A DNA stretch of 42,094 nucleotides, taken from the IMG/VR virus record IMGVR_UViG_2648501187_000001. One strand, 5' to 3'. The stretch is from an uncultured virus (IMG/VR IMGVR_UViG_2648501187_000001). Taxonomy: Duplodnaviria; Heunggongvirae; Uroviricota; Caudoviricetes. The position numbers and the translations under genes are program-made. Shown one piece after another: positions 1-9,372 of the stretch (position 1 is its first letter; every line of letters starts with the position of its first letter). Below the pieces are notes generated by a model. The model was not told the origin of the DNA. It did no database searches and saw nothing but the letters and a program-made list of their open reading frames with translations.

Positions 1-380
1 ATGCCGGCCGCCATCGTGTTCGCGGCCGGGCCGGCCAGGGCGATCGCCTTGTCCGACCCGGCCAGGACGCCGCCGTCGGCCAGGTTCGCGGCCGCCGCCC
101 ACATGCCGTTGCCCAACGCGTTCATCAGGTGGCCGAACGAATTGCCGACGGCGTCCGTGAAGTTGAGCATGTTCACGATCTTCGACGCGAAATCCTCGCG
201 GCTGGTGCCCGATATGGTGCCCGTCGCCCACCGGTCGACGGGCAGGCAGTCGAGCGCCCTGCAGACCACGTCCGTGTTGAGCGTGTCCGCGCTGGCGGGC
301 GCGCCCGGCGTGACGCCCGCCCCCTGCCCGCCGCCCGCGTCCTGCGTGGCGAGCACGATCATGTCCGACATGAATCCCAT
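1..380 (-). CDS. 5' part of a probable conjugation membrane protein (VirB6/TrbL-like), running off the window
   Basis: AAGGAGG RBS (cctcctt 388-394) then ATG at 380; open frame MGFMSDMIVLATQDAGGG...LPVDRWATG...GNGMWAAAA to the window edge; third gene of the minus-strand operon. Confidence 0.5.
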   Translation of the reverse strand, partial: MGFMSDMIVLATQDAGGGQGAGVTPGAPASADTLNTDVVCRALDCLPVDRWATGTISGTSREDFASKIVNMLNFTDAVGNSFGHLMNALGNGMWAAAANLADGGVLAGSDKAIALAGPAANTMAAG

Positions 381-399
381 GCGGGATCCTCCTTCGTTG

Positions 400-795
400 T
401 CAGCGGTCGATCACGTGGTCGTGGAATTCGATGAGCTCGTAGCCGCCCGGATCGTATGGTTCGAGGCTTCCCGGACGGACGAACCGGCCGTCCATGCCGT
501 GCCGGCGCGCCATGATCCGGTCGATGCGCCGCATGTTGCGCTCCCCCTCCACGCTGCGCCGGCGGACGAACAGGACGAGCGCGGCGACCATGCCCGCGGG
601 GATCAGCAGGTACGGCCACCATTGGCCGGCGGCGGCCGGCAGCACGCGTACGAGCGTGGCGAGCGCCGCGCCCGCCACGGCGCCCGCCACGGCGATGAAC
701 AGGTTCGTGCTGGACACCCATTGGCGTCCGCCCAGGTGCAGTTCGTCGACCTGGGAGACGCGCTGGCCGCTGACCGACGTCAGATCGAACAGCAT
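400..795 (-). CDS. Small two-TM conjugation protein (VirB3/PrgI/TcpE-like)
   Basis: 131 aa, two hydrophobic segments then a basic stretch; tight operon spacing. Confidence 0.55.
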   Translation of the reverse strand: MLFDLTSVSGQRVSQVDELHLGGRQWVSSTNLFIAVAGAVAGAALATLVRVLPAAAGQWWPYLLIPAGMVAALVLFVRRRSVEGERNMRRIDRIMARRHGMDGRFVRPGSLEPYDPGGYELIEFHDHVIDR

Positions 796-799
796 GATC

Positions 800-1162
800 C
801 TACAGTCCGAACACCTGGGAGATGACGTTCAACACGATCTGGAACAGCATGGCGACCAGTCCGGCGGCGAACGGGAGGATCTGGGAGGGCAGGATGCCGC
901 ACAGGCCGAGCGTGATGCCCGCGCAGCACCATCCGACCGTGCCTCCCCCCTGCAGCGCCTGCCCGATCTGCGTGGACGGCCACCATTTGCGCAGGACGAG
1001 CAGCACGACGCAGGTGATGATCACGACCGCGCCGAGCAGGACGAGCAGGGTCGCGAGCGCCGCGTTGCCCGTCACAAAGCCGCACAGTTTCGCCACGCCG
1101 TCCATGATGGGCCGCACGATCTGGGGTGCGGCGGCGACTTCCACGCTTCGCATGGCTTCCAT
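800..1162 (-). CDS. Small multi-TM protein (VirB2/pilin-like)
   Basis: 120 aa, mostly hydrophobic; GGAAGGAAAGG RBS; first gene of the operon. Confidence 0.55.
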   Translation of the reverse strand: MEAMRSVEVAAAPQIVRPIMDGVAKLCGFVTGNAALATLLVLLGAVVIITCVVLLVLRKWWPSTQIGQALQGGGTVGWCCAGITLGLCGILPSQILPFAAGLVAMLFQIVLNVISQVFGL

Positions 1163-1178
1163 CCTTTCCTTCCGACGT

Positions 1179-1220
1179 CATGATGCACGCCCCTATGCGG
1201 CATAGGGGGCGTGCATCATG
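1179..1220. promoter_or_regulatory. Near-perfect palindromic divergent promoter region with back-to-back GCATA boxes
   Basis: catgatgcacgcccctatgc-g-gcatagggggcgtgcatcatg between the divergent transfer operons. Confidence 0.6.
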
Positions 1221-2207
1221 CGAAGGAAAAGAATCGACGAGGACGCGGGCTGGCGCGCCCCCGACCCGAAACGCGACGGCGACCCGGACCGTCAGTTCTC
1301 GAGGCGCGCGTTCCGCCTCACCGGCCTGCGGCTGCTCAGATGGCAGCGGTGGATCGCGATCATGCTGCTCCTGATCGTCGCCTATCTCATGTCGAACCCG
1401 CCGGACGCGTCGAAGCCCGCCCCCGCCACGGACCTCGATCCCGCGGGACGCGTCGAATCATGGGCGTTGACGGAGCAATGGCTCGCCAAGGGCGCGTTGG
1501 GCGCGGACGCGCGGATCGTCAGCTGGAACGGACAATCCCACGCCACCGTGTCGGACGGGTCCAAGGACATGACATTGAGCGTGAACACGCTGATCGTGGA
1601 CTCCGCGGCCGGCTGGTGGCGGGTCAGGACCACGGTCACGCCCGACGGGCGCCTGTCCGGCTGGCCGAGCGTGGAACGACTCGGCCTGGCAGGCGCGGAC
1701 GACAGGGGCGATACGGGCATGTGGAAGGACACGCTCGGACAATTGACCGCGTCCGACATGCTGGACACGACCGTGCGCAAATGGGCGGACGCGTTCATGG
1801 GCTCCGATTCGGACATGCTGACCGTGCTCGTCAACGATCCGGATCCGAACGCCTGGTATCGGGCGCAGGGGCTCGGCAAGGTGACGGCGGCCACCATCGA
1901 CGGGGGCGCCTACCTGGACAAGGGGAACGTGGACCGTAACGAACGCAGGTCGGACCGGGCGGCGCTCAGGGCCACCGTCACCGTCGCGCACGCGGACGCG
2001 GGTGACGGTTCGGCCGCCCAATCCCAATACTCGTACGATCTGCTGGTCGCCGACCCGGACGGCACGCCGCGCATCCTCGCCTGGGGGGCTCCCGGCACGG
2101 GCGCGACCCTCAGGGAGCATGGGAACCGGGCGCCCGGCGCGCGCCCCGCGCACGACGCGTCATCCGACACGTCCGCGTCCGCGGGCACGGGGGGCGCGGC
2201 GAAATGA
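1218..2207 (+). CDS. Conjugal transfer protein, TcpC/VirB8-like
   Basis: 329 aa, basic N-terminus, one TM, extracellular domain ending SYDLLV..PRILAWGAPG; conjugation context. Confidence 0.55.
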   Translation: MRRKRIDEDAGWRAPDPKRDGDPDRQFSRRAFRLTGLRLLRWQRWIAIMLLLIVAYLMSNPPDASKPAPATDLDPAGRVESWALTEQWLAKGALGADARIVSWNGQSHATVSDGSKDMTLSVNTLIVDSAAGWWRVRTTVTPDGRLSGWPSVERLGLAGADDRGDTGMWKDTLGQLTASDMLDTTVRKWADAFMGSDSDMLTVLVNDPDPNAWYRAQGLGKVTAATIDGGAYLDKGNVDRNERRSDRAALRATVTVAHADAGDGSAAQSQYSYDLLVADPDGTPRILAWGAPGTGATLREHGNRAPGARPAHDASSDTSASAGTGGAAK

Positions 2208-2245
2208 GGGGAACGCATACCCGGGTCCGGCATGGGAGGACGGAC

Positions 2246-2965
2246 ATGACGGCGGACACGAGACGGGATCGAACCAGACTGCGGCGCGGGCGCGTCAGGC
2301 AGCGGCATGTCGCCCTGCTCCTCCTGTTCGCGCTCGCGGCGTCGGGCATGGGAGCATGGCTCGCGAACCCCGCGCCCGCGACGGCGGACACGACGGCCCG
2401 CGCCTCGATCGGCGTGCGGGGCCGTCCCGACCCGTTCCCCGCCGCGGACCGCGACCGGACGCGCACGGACCTGACGGTGGACGGCACATGGGATATGGGC
2501 GACCGGCCGGAGGGCAAGCTCACCATCATCCACGCGGACAATCCAACGGTCCGTGACCTGATCAACGGGCGCGACGAGGATCAGACTCCGACCGGATTCA
2601 ATCCGGACCATGCGACCGGCGACACGGGCAACGCATACGCATACGGGCAATGCACATGGTGGGCGTATGTGCGGCGCACGCAACTGGGATTGCCGGTCGG
2701 CAGCCATCTGGGGGATGGCGGCATGTGGGCCGATTCCGCCAAGGCGCTCGGCTATTGGGTGGATGATACTCCCCGACAAGGGGATGTGATCGTGTTCAGC
2801 CCGGCGCAGGTCAACAACGCATGGGGGCACGTCGCCATCGTGGAGAAGGTCAACGGCGACGGTTCCATCGAGATTAGCGAAGCGAACGTGAACGGGCAGG
2901 TCGGCCCGTTCCGACGCACCATCGAGGCGAAACAGACGCATGCATACCAGTACATCCACTATTAG
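2246..2965 (+). CDS. CHAP-domain peptidoglycan hydrolase
   Basis: YAYGQCTWWA...GHVAIVE...ISEAN CHAP motifs; TM/signal region; GGAGGA RBS before ATG 2246. Confidence 0.9.
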   Translation: MTADTRRDRTRLRRGRVRQRHVALLLLFALAASGMGAWLANPAPATADTTARASIGVRGRPDPFPAADRDRTRTDLTVDGTWDMGDRPEGKLTIIHADNPTVRDLINGRDEDQTPTGFNPDHATGDTGNAYAYGQCTWWAYVRRTQLGLPVGSHLGDGGMWADSAKALGYWVDDTPRQGDVIVFSPAQVNNAWGHVAIVEKVNGDGSIEISEANVNGQVGPFRRTIEAKQTHAYQYIHY

Positions 2966-3650
2966 AAGAGCTCCCATTGTCCTGACGGTTCTCCTGCCAA
3001 TCGTCATGCTCGCCATGCCGACGATCCCGGCATGGGCGGACGCCGCCGATCCGGCTCCGACCCACATGGCGAGCAGTGTCAGATCGTTCCCGAAACACTT
3101 GGTTCCGCATCGTTCGTTCAGTGAGGCCGTATCGACCGACGTGGACGGCTCATGGGGAGGCATCGAAACCCTGGACGTGCCGCATACGGAAAGCCCCGAG
3201 GAACAGGCCACGCGCATCCAGGCCGAACAGGCGCGACAGTCGGAGGCCGCGTCACGCGCCGAACCACGCACACCGGCCGTATCGGCGCCGACGACAGGTG
3301 ACAAGGAGAAACCCGCCTCGGATACGGCCGCCGCCCTGGTCTCCTACGCGCTCCAATACCAGGGCGCGCCATACGTGTACGGGGGCAATACGCCTGCCGG
3401 CTGGGATTGCAGTGGTTTCACCCAATACGTGTACGCGCGGTTCGGCATCCAATTGCCGCACCCGTCCGGCATGCAGGCCACGGTCGGCACGCCCGTTACT
3501 GACCCGCAGCCGGGTGATCTTATGGCAAACGCGGGGCATGCGGGCATTTACATCGGCAACGGTCTGATGATCCATGCGACGAACCCGGTCGATGGCACGA
3601 AGGTCACGGCCGTCATGCCCGGCATGGGATATTATCGTCTGCTCGGCTAG
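2940..3650 (+). CDS. NlpC/P60 cell-wall endopeptidase
   Basis: PYVYGG..GWDCSGFTQYVY...HAGIYIGNGLMIHA; signal peptide; start uncertain. Confidence 0.9.
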   Translation: MHTSTSTIRRAPIVLTVLLPIVMLAMPTIPAWADAADPAPTHMASSVRSFPKHLVPHRSFSEAVSTDVDGSWGGIETLDVPHTESPEEQATRIQAEQARQSEAASRAEPRTPAVSAPTTGDKEKPASDTAAALVSYALQYQGAPYVYGGNTPAGWDCSGFTQYVYARFGIQLPHPSGMQATVGTPVTDPQPGDLMANAGHAGIYIGNGLMIHATNPVDGTKVTAVMPGMGYYRLLG

Positions 3651-3971
3651 GGCACGCTATACTGTGTGGAAAGGGTCGGTGCGCGTTTTCCGGTTCTCTG
3701 TCCGAACGACGCGCGTCGACCCTTCTTTGTCACCGGTTGTTGTTGGCGTACGGGTTTTGCGTATTGCCTGATGTTACGGGCGGTTGGGCCGCCTGCTGTT
3801 GCGGCGCGTATTGGCCTGCGTCCGGCGGCGGGATCATGCCATTGCCGGTACCGGGCACCTGAGGCGGATACGGGTTCACCGGCGGCAACGGCCCCCGCGC
3901 CCGCGCGGCGGACGGTGTCCGGGTCGGAAGGATGGCCCGTATGGCGTGTTCCCGTAGTGGTTTTTGTCCGG

Positions 3972-4169
3972 TCAAGCCGCATCCTCCCGTCCGCATGCGG
4001 GTCCCAGGGGGCCGGCGGGCAGCACGATCATGACCTTGCGGCCCCGATCGTCCGCCAGGGCGGCCCGCATGCCCCGCCGTCTCGCCTCATGCAGGACGGA
4101 CAACGCGAGCATGTCCGGATCCGATCCGTGCAGGACGGTGCGTTCGCCGCCGATGATGAGCATCGCCAT
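3972..4169 (-). CDS. Small hypothetical protein (65 aa)
   Basis: AAGGAGA RBS then MAMLIIGGERTVL..., directly downstream of 4190-5038. Confidence 0.5.
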   Translation of the reverse strand: MAMLIIGGERTVLHGSDPDMLALSVLHEARRRGMRAALADDRGRKVMIVLPAGPLGPACGREDAA

Positions 4170-4189
4170 CGCGCGTGTCTCCTTCGCCT

Positions 4190-5038
4190 TCAGCCGATGT
4201 TGCCGAGCAGTCGGGCGGCGAGCCGGTAGCGGCGGTCCATCCCGCGCGCCGCCGTCCCCGGATCCGCCTCCTCGCCCATATGCGCGTCCGTGTCCTCCAA
4301 AAGGATCCGCTCCCGTTCCGGATCGAGCCCGTAGCGGCCGGCGAGCGCACGGGAATACTGTCCCACGCCGTCCCCCTCCGCGATGCGTTCGCCCAACGCG
4401 TCCCATTCCTTCTCGTCCGCCAGGGCGAGCATGTTGTCGCGCCGGACCTGCTCGTTGAGCTGGCGGGCTTTGGCGAGCATGTAGGCGGCCGCCTCCCTGG
4501 TGCCGGAGATCTCCTTGCCGCGTTTCTCCTCATAGGCGCGGATCTCGGCCGGATGCCTCCGTCGATGCCGTTCGAACGCGTCGATCGCGTCCACATGCTT
4601 CTTCGACGGTTTCGGCTCCTGCCTCAACCGTTCGATCTCCGCGTCCACCCACCGGTCGAGTTCGCCGAATTCGGGATCCCGTTCGCGTTGCAGGTCGCGG
4701 CGGGCGAGCATGAACGCGGCCGCCTCCCGGTCCGACGAGATCGGGTCGCGGCGTCGGTCGACGAAAGCGCCCACCTCGTCCGCATGCCCCGCCCGCCATC
4801 GGTCGAACGCGGCGGCCCACCGGCGGGTCGTGCGGTGTCTGACGTCCCGTTCCTCCAGTTCGAGCAGCCGACCGTAATGCCCCTCCATGAGGGAGACGAA
4901 CCGGGCGTGCCCATCGTCCGTCACGGGCGTGGGCGCGGCGACGTCATCCGCGCCCGCGCCCGTGTTTTTCGCCTCGTATCGGCCGCCTTCGGGCGTGCCC
5001 TTCGGCTTGTGGCTCCTGTTGTTCCTGTCCACGGTCAT
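4190..5038 (-). CDS. Leader-family protein 1 (helical, charged cargo); RBS displaced by an IS insertion
   Basis: Starts MTVDRNNRSHKPKGTPEGGRYEAK...DDVAAP. Confidence 0.75.
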   Translation of the reverse strand: MTVDRNNRSHKPKGTPEGGRYEAKNTGAGADDVAAPTPVTDDGHARFVSLMEGHYGRLLELEERDVRHRTTRRWAAAFDRWRAGHADEVGAFVDRRRDPISSDREAAAFMLARRDLQRERDPEFGELDRWVDAEIERLRQEPKPSKKHVDAIDAFERHRRRHPAEIRAYEEKRGKEISGTREAAAYMLAKARQLNEQVRRDNMLALADEKEWDALGERIAEGDGVGQYSRALAGRYGLDPERERILLEDTDAHMGEEADPGTAARGMDRRYRLAARLLGNIG

Positions 5039-6427
5039 CTTGTTTGGCTTGTGGAGACTCCGCCCTTCAGGGCGGGGAGAAAACAAGCCTCCCTCCTTTC
5101 ACAATTCGTAATGGCATAATGTGAGATATGGTCAAGCGCAGGGAATTCCAGCGGGCATACAGGTTCCGCTTCTACCCGACGCCCGAACAGGAGAACCTGC
5201 TCAGGCGTACGCTCGGCTGTGCGCGCCTCGTATACAACAAGGCATTGGAAGCCCGTAGCGAGGCATGGACCAGCGAGAGGCGCAACGTGTCCTATTCGGA
5301 TACGAGCAGCATGCTCACCGGCTGGAAGAAGACCGACGAACTGTCGTTCCTCAACGACGTGTCCTGCGTCCCCCTGCAACAGGCCCTGCGCCATCTGCAA
5401 CGGGCGTTCTCCGGCTTCTTCAAACAGGAAAACGCCTACCCCGTGTTCAAGAAGAAGACGCACGGCGGTTCCGCCGAGTTCACGCGAAGCGCGTTCAATT
5501 GGAACGGCCGCGAGCTGCGTCTCGCCAAAATGAAGGAACCGTTGTCCATCGTCTGGTCGCGGACCCTGCCCAAAGGCGCGGAACCCTCCACGGTGACCGT
5601 GAGCCTCGACCCCGCGCAGCGCTGGCATGTGAGCATCCTCGTCAAGGAACGCATCACGACCCTTCGCGGGAAAAGCAACGCCATCGCGCTCGACCTCGGA
5701 GTGGATTCGTTCGCCGTCACCGACCAGGGCGCCGTGATAGAGAATCCGAGGCATTTGAAGAAAAGCCTCGAAAGCCTCGCACGGGCGCAACGGTCGCTCA
5801 GCCGAAAATGGAAAGGAAGCAACAACCATCGCAAGGCACAGCTGAAGGTGGCCCGCATCAACGCGCGCATCGCAGACCAACGCCGTGACTTCCTGCACAA
5901 GCTGTCCACGAACATCATCCGCGACAACCAAACGGTGATCATCGAGGACCTTGCCGTCAGGAACATGACCAGACGATGCAAGCCGAAAACCAATCCCGAG
6001 CATCCCGGCCAGTACCTGCCCAACGGCCAATCCGCGGAAAGCGGACTGAACCGCAGCATACTGGACGCCGGATGGGCCGAGTTCCGACGTATGCTCGAAT
6101 ACAAGAGCGAATGGTACGGACGCCAGCTGATCGTGATCGACCAGTATTATCCGAGCACGCAACTGTGCTCCATGTGCGGGGCCAAGACCGGCCCCAAGAC
6201 GCTCGACGTCAGGGAATGGACATGCCCTGCCTGCGGCTGCCACCACGATCGTGACGGCAACGCGGCAAAAAACATCCTCGCCGCAGGACTTGCGGTCAGC
6301 GTCTGCAAGGACGGCAGAATCAAAGACGGCCTCTCGCAAGAGTAGCCTCCTTTCCTTTTGCCAAACGAACAGAAAACCCGGGGCGCGAACCCCGGAATCT
6401 CCCGCCTTCAGGCGGGAGAGAAGTCAA
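5039..6427 (+). mobile_element. IS200/IS605-family, IS1341-type (tnpB-only) insertion sequence
   Basis: Left end GAGA+ctccgccc-ttca-gggcgggg following target TCAT; right end GAAT+ctcccgcc-ttca-ggcgggag...TCAA (6424-6427); removing it restores RBS-ATG of the flanking gene. Confidence 0.9.
5128..6345 (+). CDS. tnpB: RNA-guided endonuclease TnpB
   Basis: AYRFRFYPT HTH, RuvC motifs ALDLG / IIEDL / HDRDGNAA, zinc ribbon CSMC...CPAC. Confidence 0.95.
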   Translation: MVKRREFQRAYRFRFYPTPEQENLLRRTLGCARLVYNKALEARSEAWTSERRNVSYSDTSSMLTGWKKTDELSFLNDVSCVPLQQALRHLQRAFSGFFKQENAYPVFKKKTHGGSAEFTRSAFNWNGRELRLAKMKEPLSIVWSRTLPKGAEPSTVTVSLDPAQRWHVSILVKERITTLRGKSNAIALDLGVDSFAVTDQGAVIENPRHLKKSLESLARAQRSLSRKWKGSNNHRKAQLKVARINARIADQRRDFLHKLSTNIIRDNQTVIIEDLAVRNMTRRCKPKTNPEHPGQYLPNGQSAESGLNRSILDAGWAEFRRMLEYKSEWYGRQLIVIDQYYPSTQLCSMCGAKTGPKTLDVREWTCPACGCHHDRDGNAAKNILAAGLAVSVCKDGRIKDGLSQE

Positions 6428-6445
6428 GACGCCGTTCCCCTTTCC

Positions 6446-7375
6446 TTACTGGTTCTTCCCGGCCACACAGCCGGCGAGGTAGGTGACGGTCTGCTGTTTC
6501 TCCCTCGGAGTCATCGTCAGACCGTATTTCGTTTTGATGCTGACGCGTTTCGCCATGTAGTCGCACCGGTACGCCTTGTTGTCCGGCATCCAGATGTCGG
6601 GCGCGCCCGTATGCTGCGTCAGGTATCCGGATCGTCCGTTCACGTCGATGCCGCTCCCCTTCGCCATGTTCGCCGGCCCGTCCGAGGCCAGGAGCACGTC
6701 CGGATCGTTCGCGTACCGGATCCGTTTCCCCTGATCCCAGTCGCGGGCGCCGGACGCCCACGCGTCGTACAGGGACACCACATGGTCGATCTGCACGTCG
6801 GCGCTCGTCTTCACGCCCCGCCTGAACCCGATGCCCCTGCCCGTGTACGGGTCGCGCAGCGTGCCCGACACGACCCGGCATGAGGAGTCCTTCCTCACGC
6901 CGGTCAGGTCGCGGGCGAGGATCGTGTCCCTCGTGGTCGCCTTCCCGCAGCCGGACGGCGCCCAGCCGCCGAACCGCGTCTCACGGTCGTAGCCGCCCGG
7001 CCTGGCGTCCGCCGTGCCTATCCGGCCGGCCGCGTCCAACTGGGCCCGCCATGCGGCCGCATCCCCCGTCGGGGCCGTGTCCGGGGTTTTCCCCGTGTCC
7101 TTCGCCCCCGCGTCCGCCTCCCCGCCCGTATGGACGCCGAACAGGGAGAGCAGGCCCGACAGGCTTTTGGCGTCCGGGTTGCGTCCCGCATCCCCCTTCT
7201 TCGATTCGGCCAATGCGGCCGTGGACGCGTCCGGGTTCCCGACGCCCAGCGTCTCGGACACGGTCCGCCAGCCTCCCGAGGAGACGAGCACGACGACAAG
7301 CACGCCCACCATGACCAGGGTCGCGATCATGGACAGCAGCTGCCGGAACGGGCCTCCCCCATCGCCACGTCGCAT
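6446..7375 (-). CDS. Membrane-anchored HNH endonuclease (DUF1524/GmrSD C-terminal type)
   Basis: YDRETRFG.W, DPYTG, QIDHVVSL..AW, ANDPDVLLA...NMAKG; N-terminal TM. Confidence 0.85.
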   Translation of the reverse strand: MRRGDGGGPFRQLLSMIATLVMVGVLVVVLVSSGGWRTVSETLGVGNPDASTAALAESKKGDAGRNPDAKSLSGLLSLFGVHTGGEADAGAKDTGKTPDTAPTGDAAAWRAQLDAAGRIGTADARPGGYDRETRFGGWAPSGCGKATTRDTILARDLTGVRKDSSCRVVSGTLRDPYTGRGIGFRRGVKTSADVQIDHVVSLYDAWASGARDWDQGKRIRYANDPDVLLASDGPANMAKGSGIDVNGRSGYLTQHTGAPDIWMPDNKAYRCDYMAKRVSIKTKYGLTMTPREKQQTVTYLAGCVAGKNQ

Positions 7376-7377
7376 GG

Positions 7378-7674
7378 TCACGCCTCCGGGATGTAGACGG
7401 GGGCCTGCACCTGTTCGAGCAGCCAGTTGATCGCGGGCGTCAATCCGGTCATGTTCAGGCCGAGCACGCCGAGCACGCCCATGATCATGATCGCGGACAG
7501 GAGCAATGCGAGGACGCGCAGGCCCATGGAGAGCGCGGACTGGGCGCGGTTGAACGCGAAGCCCACGAGGAGCGCGATCATGAGGACGATGAAGTACACG
7601 CCGAACGCGCCCGGCGCGGTGACGCTCGACCAGAATGCGCGCCAGCCGGTGACGCCGATATCAACAATGCTCAT
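7378..7674 (-). CDS. Small membrane protein
   Basis: 98 aa, two TMs; GCATA box 10 nt upstream; abuts the HNH gene. Confidence 0.7.
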   Translation of the reverse strand: MSIVDIGVTGWRAFWSSVTAPGAFGVYFIVLMIALLVGFAFNRAQSALSMGLRVLALLLSAIMIMGVLGVLGLNMTGLTPAINWLLEQVQAPVYIPEA

Positions 7675-7945
7675 GGCCTCCCCCTATGCCCCAAAAGGGC
7701 CCGTCGTACGGGACGACGGCCCCCGGGGGGCGAGGGGCATGATGGCGGATGCCGATGGGCGGGATCGGCCCGTGACGGGCGTGGAACGAGAGGCTGCGGG
7801 CGTGTTCGACGAAAACGCGCGCCTGCGCGGACCCGACCCGCGGCACGGGGATGACGGGACCGGCGCCGGCGATGCATCATGCCCCGTTGCGCACGCATAG
7901 CCTCCGCACGCAACGGGAACCGGAACGGACGGAGGAAACGGCGTA

Positions 7946-8416
7946 ATGACCGTGGACAGGAACAACAGGAGCCACAAGCCGAAGGGCACGCCCGAAGGCG
8001 GCCGATACGAGACGAAAGGCGGCGCCACGGGCCCGGATGACGTGAGGCCGCCCACCACGGCCGAAAACGCGTCCGACATCCTCGACCGGGCACGGGAATA
8101 CGGCCTCGACTGGGATCTGCTCGCCGGACGAAGCGAGAACGGGCGCAGCATCAACCTGGACGCGCCGGGTCACGGCGACCGGCGCGTCCACGCGGAACCC
8201 GACGGGCACGGCGGCTGGGACCTCGTCTACCGGGAATGGAGGAAACCCACATTACGCGAATACAACGGGCCCGGCATCCACCCGTTCGGCGTATTCGGCT
8301 GGATGGCCGACCGGATCAACGGGAACGCGGAGACATGGATCCCCATCCGTCGCGGGCACGCCGCCAATGACGACCAGCTGCTCGACGCCGCCGCCGACTG
8401 GTGCGGGACCGACTGA
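7946..8416 (+). CDS. Leader-family protein 2
   Basis: GGAGGA RBS; MTVDRNNRSHKPKGTPEGGRYETK...DDVRPP. Confidence 0.8.
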   Translation: MTVDRNNRSHKPKGTPEGGRYETKGGATGPDDVRPPTTAENASDILDRAREYGLDWDLLAGRSENGRSINLDAPGHGDRRVHAEPDGHGGWDLVYREWRKPTLREYNGPGIHPFGVFGWMADRINGNAETWIPIRRGHAANDDQLLDAAADWCGTD

Positions 8417-8454
8417 AACGGGAAGCCGGCCGACGGCACGCATAGCCGTCCCGC

Positions 8455-9093
8455 ATGAGCAAAGACATGCACGGCCGGACGCACCGGCTCGCCGGACTGC
8501 CGAAAGGCGTGGCCGGCACCTACGACAGGAATCCCGGCACGAACGGCGACGACATCGCCCCGCCCATGCCCGTCCACGACGATCCGGACATACTGCGCCG
8601 CGAACTGGCATCCATCCCCCAGCGGGACGGTCCGGAATACGACGGGCTGCGCACCAGGCTCGCCCGCGCCGAACTGGGGCAAATGGAATCGAAAGAGAAG
8701 CATGCCACCGCCGCCGACATGTTCCGCTCACTCAGCGAAACAGGAGGCGGGACATGGAGTCCGCGAAACGACGCCACTCCCGTTGTCGGGTTCTGCCATT
8801 CACCATACCCCGAACGGAGCAGGGTCGTGGCAATGCCCTCCACCACCGATGATTTCGCACGACTGTCCATGGAATATCTCATGGACAATCGTGATCTGCT
8901 GTCGAAAGACGGCAACTATCTGGGATTATGGCGCAACCCGGCCGACGACAGATTATATGTCGACGTCTCCGTCTGCGACATGGACGCGCATGACGTCCGG
9001 GACGCATGTGCCAAACATGATCAGATAGCCTTCTGGGACATCCAATTGGGTGAAGAGGTCATCGTGAATCCAGACGCGCGATCAGGACAATAA
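8455..9093 (+). CDS. Leader-family protein 3 with a phage-like C-terminal domain
   Basis: MSKDMHGRTHRLAGLPKGVAGTYD...DDIAPP; C-terminal GGGTW...YLGLW...LYVDVS...DQIAFWD pattern recalled from actinophage hypothetical proteins. Confidence 0.75.
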   Translation: MSKDMHGRTHRLAGLPKGVAGTYDRNPGTNGDDIAPPMPVHDDPDILRRELASIPQRDGPEYDGLRTRLARAELGQMESKEKHATAADMFRSLSETGGGTWSPRNDATPVVGFCHSPYPERSRVVAMPSTTDDFARLSMEYLMDNRDLLSKDGNYLGLWRNPADDRLYVDVSVCDMDAHDVRDACAKHDQIAFWDIQLGEEVIVNPDARSGQ

Positions 9094-9108
9094 ACAAGGA
9101 GAACGACA

Positions 9109-9372
9109 ATGGCACGACAGCTTGAAGGCCTATACGATCCGAAGACCGGAGCCGTAGGCATGGCAAAGTTCAGCGTCATGATGATGCGTAAACTCAACGG
9201 GCACATCACCAGCCGTCAGGAAATCCTGGACATGCAGGACACGCTGGGCCGCGAATGGACGGAAGAGGAGATAAAGGAGATCCTCAAGGCGAACGGGACG
9301 TCCGCCGACGATCCGTCGCAGACAGCCTTACGCGCATCGACATGCGGGGGCACGCATAGCCGTCCCGCATGA
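9109..9372 (+). CDS. Small hypothetical protein
   Basis: AAGGAGA RBS; 87 aa; 3' end runs into the repeat. Confidence 0.6.
   Translation: MARQLEGLYDPKTGAVGMAKFSVMMMRKLNGHITSRQEILDMQDTLGREWTEEEIKEILKANGTSADDPSQTALRASTCGGTHSRPA

Noticed and set aside
2633..2646. Tandem ACGCATACGCATAC as promoter boxes
   Set aside because: Encodes the conserved NAYAYG of the CHAP domain; no start codon at the right distance
3647..3996. Minus-strand ORFs with a Pro/Gln-rich tail (NPYPPQVP...NPYANNNR)
   Set aside because: No supported start or RBS; may be a gene remnant but cannot be assigned
5039..5086. N-terminal extension of the 4190 ORF to 5086
   Set aside because: Lies inside the IS left end; the true start is the leader ATG at 5038
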